This document shows positions 1-5,603 of a stretch of DNA of 13,178 nucleotides, in pieces; positions within the stretch are counted from its first letter, which is position 1, and every line of letters begins with the position of its first letter. The notes beneath the pieces are model-generated. The model worked only from the letters and a program-made list of their open reading frames with translations. It did no database searches and was not told the origin of the DNA. This stretch comes from Candidatus Velthaea sp. Lineage in GTDB: Bacteria > Vulcanimicrobiota > Vulcanimicrobiia > Vulcanimicrobiales > Vulcanimicrobiaceae. The stretch lies in the NCBI GenBank assembly GCA_050012475.1, contig JBEKHC010000120.1:1-13178 (forward strand). Reading direction: 5' to 3'. The position numbers and the translations under genes were made by a program.

Positions 1-201
1 CTGTGGCTGCGCGCGCTCGAGAAGCTCTTGCGCGACGCCGGCGTGCCGGCCGCGCGCGGCCGCCGGGTCGCCCTCGATGCGATCGTCCGCACCGAAGGCG
101 CGCTCGTGGTCGCGCGCGCACTTGGCGACAACGCCGTCTTCGTGCGAACCGTCGGCGAGATCGAGAAGCTGCTGCTCGAGGAGGCTGCCGCTCGTGGCTA
201 A
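1..201 (+). CDS. TetR/AcrR-family regulator, C-terminal part (5' end outside window)
   Basis: Frame 1 (not in ORF track) reads LWLRALEKLLRDAGVPAARGRRVALDAIVRTEGALVVARALGDNAVFVRTVGEIEKLLLEEAAARG*, TAA at 199-201. 'EGALVVARALGD' resembles LmrA/YxaF-type TetR C-terminal helices. Confidence 0.8.
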   Translation: MWLRALEKLLRDAGVPAARGRRVALDAIVRTEGALVVARALGDNAVFVRTVGEIEKLLLEEAAARG

Positions 202-787
202 GGGCTTTGCCGACATCGCCTTCACCCCGCGCGTGCAAGCGCTGCAGACGCGCTACGGGTCCCGCTGCACGTACGCTCGCCGCAGCGAGGGGCCGCGCGA
301 AACGCTCGGTCCCGACGAGCGCGAGTTCATCGAATCGCGCGACAGTTTTTATCTCGGGACCGTCGGCGAAACCGGCTGGCCGTACATCCAGCACCGCGGC
401 GGCCCCAAAGGCTTTCTGCGCGTCCTCGACGACCACACGCTGGCGTTCGCCGACTTTCGCGGCAACAAGCAGTATATCTCGGCCGGGAACGTCGCCGGCG
501 ACGACCGCACTGTGCTCTTCTTGATGGACTATCCGTCGCAAACCCGGCTCAAGCTGTTCGCCCACGTTCGCGTCGTCGAACCCGATGCCGACCCCGAACT
601 CATCGAGCGCCTCACCGTCCCCGGCTACGACGCTCGCATCGAGCGCGCGTTTGTATTCGACGTCGAAGGCTTCGATTGGAATTGCCCGCAGCACATCACG
701 CCGCGCTACACCGCCGAGGAGATCGAAGCGGCGGTCGCGCCGCTCAAAGCACGCATCGCGGAACTCGAAAGCCGCCTGAAGGGCTAA
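194..787 (+). CDS. Pyridoxamine 5'-phosphate oxidase-like FMN-binding protein
   Basis: GTG at 194 after GAGGAGG (178-184), overlapping the TetR stop. Motifs SFYLGTV, GWPYIQHRGGPKGFL, FADFRGNKQY, DWNCPQHITPRY. The upstream part of ORF 77..787 is shadow of the TetR gene. Confidence 0.9.
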   Translation: MAKGFADIAFTPRVQALQTRYGSRCTYARRSEGPRETLGPDEREFIESRDSFYLGTVGETGWPYIQHRGGPKGFLRVLDDHTLAFADFRGNKQYISAGNVAGDDRTVLFLMDYPSQTRLKLFAHVRVVEPDADPELIERLTVPGYDARIERAFVFDVEGFDWNCPQHITPRYTAEEIEAAVAPLKARIAELESRLKG

Positions 788-977
788 CGGCGCGCGATTG
801 ACTCGATCGTCTATCAGGCCGCGCGCGGAACTCGGCGATACCTGGCTCGCTGGAAGATGGCGGCGGGGCGAGCATTCCTCGGCAATACGCTGAGCATCGC
901 CCACTCTTGCCTGCACCCGCTGACGGTCACGGACTCTGAAAGCAGAAATACACCGCTGGACAACGAAAGAACGTCCC

Positions 978-1190
978 ATGGGTAGCCCGCTCATCGTATC
1001 AGACTCAGAGATCCTCGGTGGAACTCCTGTCTTCGCCGGAACCCGCGTTCCCGTGCGTCTTCTGTTCGAAAATCTTGCAGACGGCGCGAGCCTTTCTGAG
1101 ATCCTGGAAGCCTTCCCGACGCTCCAACGGGAGCAAGCGATCGAGGCGCTGCGCCAGGCAGACTCACTGATCGAGCGCAGTGCCTCGTAA
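978..1190 (+). CDS. DUF433 domain protein (putative antitoxin)
   Basis: 70 aa with DUF433 signature ILGGTPVFAGTRVPV...LADGASLSEILEAFPTL; directly upstream of a PIN-like gene. Confidence 0.9.
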   Translation: MGSPLIVSDSEILGGTPVFAGTRVPVRLLFENLADGASLSEILEAFPTLQREQAIEALRQADSLIERSAS

Positions 1191-1198
1191 AGAGTTCG

Positions 1199-1563
1199 GT
1201 GCGCGTACTTCTCGACGAGTGCGTGCCAAGACAGGTTAAGAACTGGTTGGCTGAAACACACGACGTCTCAACGATCTTCGATGTCGGCTGGGCAGCATGA
1301 AAAACGGGGCGCTCCTGCGCGAGGCGAACGAGTGCCTTGACGTACTGGTAACCGCTGACCAGAATATGTATCAGCAGCAGAGCTTCGCAGGGTTGACAAT
1401 CTCTCTCATGGTGCTTCCGACGAATCGCTTGCGACTAGTGAAGAATGCCGTGCCAGCGTTACTTCAATCTCTCGCCAGGCTTGTTCCGCGGCAGCGAATC
1501 GTCATCGATCTCGGGCCGGACACCAACTCTCGTTGCAGCGCATCGTCGAAGAAGGCACCGTGA
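1199..1563 (+). pseudogene. DUF5615 PIN-like toxin, frameshifted
   Basis: GTG 1199 gives MRVLLDECVPRQVKNWLAETHDVSTIFDVGWAA* (TGA 1298-1300). The family continues in another frame as MKNGALLREA...DVLVTADQN (ATG 1297). One extra base near 1295 would restore GWAGMKNG. Confidence 0.85.
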
Positions 1564-1665
1564 CACGCCACGTATTCGGTACGGTGACATAGCGCTGGCT
1601 TTCGTCCCACTGTTGGCCGTTGCGCAAATGGACCTCGCCGGTCCCCGCAAGTGCAAAGGCCGAAC

Positions 1666-1932
1666 GCAAACGTGGTCGCCGCGCTCGAAGGCTCCGGCAG
1701 CGTGGCGACGCGCCTCAAAGCGAGATCGCGGCCGTGCGTGCCGGTTACGCCGACGGCGAGGCCTCGTGCGTGATCAACCTCCTGGGCATCGGCGAAGCCG
1801 GCGACAAGTTCTCAAAGGAGCAGCGCGATACGCTCGACCTGTAGCTGCGCGCGCTCGAGAAGCCTCGCGCGACGCCGGCGTGCCGGCCGCGCGTGCCCGC
1901 CGGGTCGCCCTCGATGCGATCGTCCGCACCGA
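1666..1932 (+). pseudogene. Decayed partial copy of the TetR gene seen at the window start
   Basis: Reads ANVVAALEGSGSVATRLKA / IAAVRAGYADGEASCVINLLGIG...TLDL*LRALEK / RDAGVPAARARRVALDAIVRTE across two frameshifts and a TGG->TAG stop (1842-1844). Confidence 0.8.
1839..1932 (+). repeat. Direct repeat of positions 1-95
   Basis: Hand alignment with 1-95 shows 4 substitutions and a 1-bp deletion. Confidence 0.95.
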
Positions 1933-1933
1933 G

Positions 1934-2275
1934 AGCGCCGTCCCTTGGGCAACTCGTGCAGGAAGCCTCTCCGCGGTTCCCGGCGCGTTGCTGGCGCAGC
2001 TCGCGGTCAATGCGCCGTTTCGGGGCCAAGGTGCGGGCAAAGTCCTTGTTAAGCACGCGCTCTTGCGAATAGCCGGCCTTGCCGACGACTGGGGGTGCGC
2101 CGCGGTGGTCACCGACCCGATCGACGATCGCGCGCGCAACCTCTATCGAGGCTTCGATTTTGAGCCGCTGCGCGAAGGATCGAACCGGATGATCGTCGCG
2201 ACAACAATGATCGCCGCAATCGAACGCGGTCGCTGGACACACCCAGCGGCGCTTCGATCGCCGGCGCTAATATAG
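1934..2275 (+). pseudogene. GNAT acetyltransferase (AtaT/TacT-type toxin-like), N-terminally truncated
   Basis: VPGALLAQLAVNAPFRGQGAGKVLVKHAL...AVVTDPIDDRARNLYRGFDF matches the C-terminal half of GNAT TA toxins, including the acetyl-CoA motif RGQGAG. No N-terminus or cognate antitoxin seen. Confidence 0.75.
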
Positions 2276-2315
2276 ACAAAAACTCCGTGTTGGCATATGC
2301 TAGGCATATGCCAAC
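2273..2315 (+). promoter_or_regulatory. vapBC promoter with overlapping operator
   Basis: TAGACA (2273-2278), 17 bp, TATGCT (2296-2301). Perfect inverted repeat GTTGGCATATGC-TAG-GCATATGCCAAC (2289-2315) covers the -10 and the ATG at 2308. Confidence 0.75.
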
Positions 2316-2553
2316 CGATGACTCTGCGGCCCGACGCGTCAAGCTCTTCAAGAATGGTCGCAATCAAGCGGTGCGCATTCCACGAGAATTCGAGTTGCCG
2401 GGGGAGGACGCCCTAATGCGCAGGGACGGACCGCGGCTGATCATTGAACCGCTCGGCCCTCGATCGCTCGTCGTCTTACTCAAGACGCTTTCGCCAATCG
2501 AAGACGATTTTGCACCGATCGCTGAGCTGCCGACTGATCCGATTGATGTGTAA
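2308..2553 (+). CDS. vapB: AbrB/MazE-fold antitoxin (VapB/VagC-like)
   Basis: VKLFKNGRNQAVRIPREFELPG...LIIEP signature; stop abuts the vapC GTG. Confidence 0.9.
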   Translation: MPTDDSAARRVKLFKNGRNQAVRIPREFELPGEDALMRRDGPRLIIEPLGPRSLVVLLKTLSPIEDDFAPIAELPTDPIDV

Positions 2554-2952
2554 GTGAGGTATCTGCTCGATACCAACATTCTCTCGCACGTCATTCGCAA
2601 TCCGCAGGGTCGCGCCGCTCAGAAGATCGTCGAAGTCGGGGATCAAGCGGTCTGCACGAGCATTGTTGTCGCTGCCGAGCTTTGGTACGGCGCCATGAAG
2701 CGCAACTCGGATCGCCTGACTGCGCAAGTCGGTGCCGTCCTTGGAGCGATCGATATACTTGCAATCGCATCGCCTGTTGAACGCATTTACGGCGAGCTGC
2801 GCGCTCGGCTCGAACGAGAGGGAAACCAAATCGGTGGCAACGATCTGTTGATCGCCGCGCAAAGCATTTGCCTCGGACTAACCTTGGTGACCGACAATGA
2901 GCGTGAGTTTTTACGAATCGTCGAATTGCCATGCGCAAATTGGCTGCACTAA
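2554..2952 (+). CDS. vapC: VapC PIN-domain toxin
   Basis: YLLDTNILS, AELWYG, IGGNDLLIAA, LVTDNEREF; acidic PIN residues present; frame intact. Confidence 0.93.
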   Translation: MRYLLDTNILSHVIRNPQGRAAQKIVEVGDQAVCTSIVVAAELWYGAMKRNSDRLTAQVGAVLGAIDILAIASPVERIYGELRARLEREGNQIGGNDLLIAAQSICLGLTLVTDNEREFLRIVELPCANWLH

Positions 2953-3055
2953 AGAACGGCCGAGATCGGCGACCCGCTTCCCGCGAGCTTACTTTCTCGA
3001 GAGTGACTTCGGCTTTGACAACAAGCGCACCTCAAAAGGCGAAACGCCGCAGCCC

Positions 3056-3089
3056 TTGACTCAGCCAGTTATTTTGATGTATATACATT
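3056..3089 (+). promoter_or_regulatory. mazEF promoter/operator region
   Basis: TTGACT at 3056-3061 and perfect palindrome ATGTATATACAT at 3077-3088, just before ATG 3092. Exact -10 register is ambiguous. Confidence 0.6.
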
Positions 3090-3091
3090 GT

Positions 3092-3454
3092 ATGAACCGA
3101 CGTCCGGAGATTGTTAAGACCAGCGCCGCAAAGAATACTCCCATACCGAGATTAGGCGTCGACTTCAGTGCACTCGTCGTTTACGACGCGCGTGTCTACA
3201 AAGCCGGCAATTCGCTGGCGATTCGTATCCCCAGTACGATCGCCAAAAGGATCGCGCTGGAGGACGGCGTCGCTGTCGAGATGGCAGCTGATGAGGGCAT
3301 GCTTTACATTCGCAAAGCACCGTCGCGAGTGCTTACCGATCTCATCGAGCGGATCACGCCGGAAAACACTCATGGAGCCCTGTTCGATGAATCGGTGGGC
3401 GCCGAACGTTGGTGGAAGAATACGTCCCGGAAGTCGGACATATCGTCTGGTTAA
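3092..3454 (+). CDS. mazE: MazE/AbrB-family antitoxin
   Basis: KAGNSLAIRIP, LTDLIERITPENTHG and VGAERW are MazE-like. Start ATG 3092 inferred; the C-terminus runs 13 aa past the usual ExW end. Confidence 0.8.
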   Translation: MNRRPEIVKTSAAKNTPIPRLGVDFSALVVYDARVYKAGNSLAIRIPSTIAKRIALEDGVAVEMAADEGMLYIRKAPSRVLTDLIERITPENTHGALFDESVGAERWWKNTSRKSDISSG

Positions 3455-3754
3455 CCCTCGGCCCGCAACGGGGGCGCGAGCATGCCGGACGCCGGCCTTT
3501 CCTTGTCCCTTCACCACGGGATTACAACGCAAAAACGTCGCTTGCCGTCGGCGTCCCGATCACCTCGAAAGTCAAAGGATACCCGTTCGAGGTAGCGATC
3601 CGAGGCACGAATTCGATCGCCGGCGTTGCTCTCGCAGATCAGATAAAAAGCCTCGATTGGCGAGCACGGCTCGCCGGCTATGCCGCTCAGGCTTCGCCAT
3701 CCAACCCTTCGCTCCGTACGCCGCCTTCTCACAACACTGCTGCAGCTGAAATAA
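3409..3754 (+). pseudogene. mazF: MazF/PemK toxin with a C-terminal frameshift
   Basis: YVPEVGHIVW, GREHAGRRPFLV, PITSKVKGYPFEV, LADQIKSLDWRAR. After ...QASPS the MazF-like terminal helix TLRSVRRLLTTLLQLK* lies in the +1 frame (3704-3754); the uncorrected ORF runs to 3789. Confidence 0.8.
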
Positions 3755-3913
3755 GCGATAGCGCGGCTCATTCGGGGCGTGAGCACTGACGGCTACGGAA
3801 CCGATGCTGAGCATGAGCTAGTCGTCCTGCCGCAGAGATGAACGAGGTAGTCTGACGACGCTCATGCCATGTCGCATGCAAACTTAGCGGGCGGACATGG
3901 AGCGGGCAGAAGA

Positions 3914-3958
3914 CACGGAGCGAGCGGGCATCCGGAGATGCGCGACGCTCGCCCCGCG
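3914..3958 (-). terminator. Stem-loop downstream of the DM13 gene
   Basis: On the minus strand CGCGGGGCGAGCG pairs with CGCTCGCTCCGTG (two G-U pairs that form only on this strand). Inner stem GCATC-TCCG-GATGC has a UNCG-type loop; TCTTCT follows. Confidence 0.55.
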
Positions 3959-3970
3959 CCGGACGAGGGA

Positions 3971-4378
3971 TTACTTCAGGCTTGCGGCGCCGAAGTTGAC
4001 GTGGAAGCGTTCGCAGTAGATCGCGACCGACTTGACGTCGTCCAGATTGACGTTCGCGGGGATCACGTAATTCTGATTGCCGGTGTTGCCTTTGAGATCG
4101 CCGAGGTCGACGGACTTTGCGTCTTCCACATCGTTGCCGCTGATTGCGTGGTCGGCGAGGATGACGTGGACTTTCGGTCCGTTCGAGGTGCTGAAGTTGG
4201 CGAGGCGCAGGATGCGGCTGCCGTCATCGAGTTTGTAGATCGTGGCAGTGCCGCTCGTGGCGTGCGCAGCGCTGACGAAGGCGCCGCTGCTCAGGGAAGC
4301 CGGCGCGGCGTTCGCGGCGAGCGGCGCGAGGGTCGAGAGAATCGAGAGGGCGAGGGCGGCGCGAGTTGCGATATTCAT
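3971..4378 (-). CDS. Secreted DM13 domain protein
   Basis: Signal-like MNIATRAALALSILSTLAPLAANA, then DM13 motifs SGTATIY, LRLANFSTSNGPKVHVIL, DLGDLKGNTGNQNY, VAIYCERFHVNFGAASL. Alternative start at 4393. Confidence 0.88.
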   Translation of the reverse strand: MNIATRAALALSILSTLAPLAANAAPASLSSGAFVSAAHATSGTATIYKLDDGSRILRLANFSTSNGPKVHVILADHAISGNDVEDAKSVDLGDLKGNTGNQNYVIPANVNLDDVKSVAIYCERFHVNFGAASLK

Positions 4379-4434
4379 GATGAGTGCTTTCATTTTGGTG
4401 TCGTGCGGTGCACGTGAGGTGAGGATGAAGGTGA

Positions 4435-4461
4435 GTCTCGGGTCGGCGCGTTTCGTTACAG
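4435..4461 (-). promoter_or_regulatory. Candidate ECF promoter (copy 1, upstream of DM13)
   Basis: CTGTAACG-N13-CGAGAC on the minus strand; overlaps the TAA of the upstream micro-ORF. Confidence 0.65.
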
Positions 4462-4614
4462 GTGCGCGGCCGACGTTGTCGCGGTGGCCGTCGGGAACGG
4501 ATCGTCGACGCTCTTGTTGACGAAGAGCAGTTCGGGCCGGAAGGCCAGCCAGAGCATGGCGACCGCGAGCGTGCCGAGAATGATGACGACGGGTTTGCGG
4601 AGCAGCTTGGTCAT
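4456..4614 (-). CDS. 52-aa membrane micro-protein resembling the N-terminal anchor of DM13 proteins
   Basis: ATG 4614 with GAGG RBS; MTKLLRKPVVIILGTLAVAMLWLAFRPELLFVNKSVDDPFPTATATTSAAHL*. Basic N-terminus, one TM segment, FRPExLFVNxxVxxxxP motif. Confidence 0.7.
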   Translation of the reverse strand: MTKLLRKPVVIILGTLAVAMLWLAFRPELLFVNKSVDDPFPTATATTSAAHL

Positions 4615-4644
4615 GGTGGAAATCCTCGCTGAAGGATGAGTGCG

Positions 4645-5322
4645 ATGCCGGTACGTCTCGGTGAGAGCGGCGAACGTTACAGCGGGCCGGATGAAAATCG
4701 CACGCTCGCGCTGCTGCGCGCCGGCGACGAGGCGGCGTTCCTCGAACTGGTCGACCGCTACGCACCCGCGATGCAGAAGATCGCCCGCGCCTACGTGCGC
4801 GACGACGCCACCGCCGAAGACGTCGTGCAGGAAGCCTGGATGGGCGTCTTGCGCGGTTTGCCGACCTTCGAGGGACGAAGCAGCCTGCGGGGCTGGATCT
4901 TCACCATCGTCGTCAATCGCGCCAAAACGCGCGGGGTGCGCGAGGCGCGCAGCGTTCCGTTTTCGGCCCTCGCGCACGACGAAGTGCAGCGCGACGATCC
5001 GTCGGTCGCGCCGGACCGCTTCGCGGGTCCCGGCGAAGAGTGGCCGCGGCATTGGCGCGACGGCCCCGTCCCCTGGACCGATCGCCCGGAAGAAAAGCTG
5101 TTGAGTCGCGAGCTCCGCGCGCGCATCGACGCGGCCATCGACGCCTTGCCCGCCGCTCAGCGCTCGGTGATCGTTCTGCGCGACATCGCCGGCCAGCCGA
5201 CTCAAGACGTCTGTAACGCCCTGGACCTCAGCGAGACCAATGTTCGTGTGCTGCTCCACCGTGCCCGCGCGAAACTCCGCCGCGCTCTCGACCCTTATCT
5301 CACCGGAGACCGATTCGCGTGA
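4645..5322 (+). CDS. ECF-subfamily sigma-70 factor
   Basis: GDEAAFLELVDRY, AEDVVQEAW, FEGRSSLRGWIFTI (region 2); LPAAQRSVIVLRD...VRVLLHRARAKLR (region 4). ATG 4645 chosen for GAAGGA spacing; ATG 4636 is an alternative. Confidence 0.93.
   Translation: MPVRLGESGERYSGPDENRTLALLRAGDEAAFLELVDRYAPAMQKIARAYVRDDATAEDVVQEAWMGVLRGLPTFEGRSSLRGWIFTIVVNRAKTRGVREARSVPFSALAHDEVQRDDPSVAPDRFAGPGEEWPRHWRDGPVPWTDRPEEKLLSRELRARIDAAIDALPAAQRSVIVLRDIAGQPTQDVCNALDLSETNVRVLLHRARAKLRRALDPYLTGDRFA
4655..4682 (-). promoter_or_regulatory. Candidate ECF promoter (copy 2, upstream of the micro-ORF, antisense within the sigma 5' end)
   Basis: CTGTAACG-N14-CGAGAC on the minus strand, about 40 bp before ATG 4614. Confidence 0.65.
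5211..5237 (+). promoter_or_regulatory. Candidate ECF promoter (copy 3, internal to sigma gene, facing the anti-sigma gene)
   Basis: CTGTAACG-N13-CGAGAC on the plus strand, about 80 bp before GTG 5319. Confidence 0.5.
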
Positions 5323-5567
5323 CGCCTGAGATGGATTGCATCGACCTCGTCGAGATCACGACCGACTACCTCGAAGGCAAACTCGCGCCTGAGGACGCCG
5401 CGCGCCTCGAAGCCCACTTAACGGAATGCGACGGCTGCACGGAATACCTGCGCCAAATGCGCATCACGCAGGACACCCTCGGCCGTCCGGATGCCGCCGT
5501 CATCCCCGCCCCCGGCCGCGAAAAGCTCCTCGCGGCGTTCCGCGCCTGGAAAGCCGAAAAGCCGTAG
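5319..5567 (+). CDS. zf-HC2 (ZAS) anti-sigma factor, soluble
   Basis: GTGA overlap with the sigma stop and GGAG RBS. C...DYLEG.L...HLTECDGC gives HxxxCxxC; no TM segment. Confidence 0.92.
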   Translation: MTPEMDCIDLVEITTDYLEGKLAPEDAARLEAHLTECDGCTEYLRQMRITQDTLGRPDAAVIPAPGREKLLAAFRAWKAEKP

Positions 5568-5579
5568 CGCGAGCGACGT

Positions 5580-5603
5580 GGCGCCGCGTTAGCGGCGCTG
5601 TTT
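5580..5603 (+). terminator. Possible intrinsic terminator of the sigma/anti-sigma operon
   Basis: GCGCCGC-GTTA-GCGGCGC followed by TGTTT (short U tract). Confidence 0.45.

Noticed and set aside
3..524. 173-aa Arg-rich ORF
   Set aside because: Off-frame shadow of the TetR and PNPOx-like genes.
1445..2275. 276-aa ORF as one real gene
   Set aside because: Composite of off-frame sequence, the TetR remnant and a GNAT half; no credible start.
2897..3091. N-terminal 65 aa of ORF 2897..3454
   Set aside because: Overlaps vapC and crosses the promoter/operator; ATG 3092 is more plausible.
788..3970. Integron cassette array or IS/prophage as the source of the TA patch
   Set aside because: No integrase, transposase, recurring attC-like sites, terminal inverted repeats or tRNA were recognised.
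3971..5259. Long versions of minus ORFs 3971..4765 and 4456..5259
   Set aside because: Only the 3' parts (from 4378 and 4614) look coding; the extensions overlap other genes.
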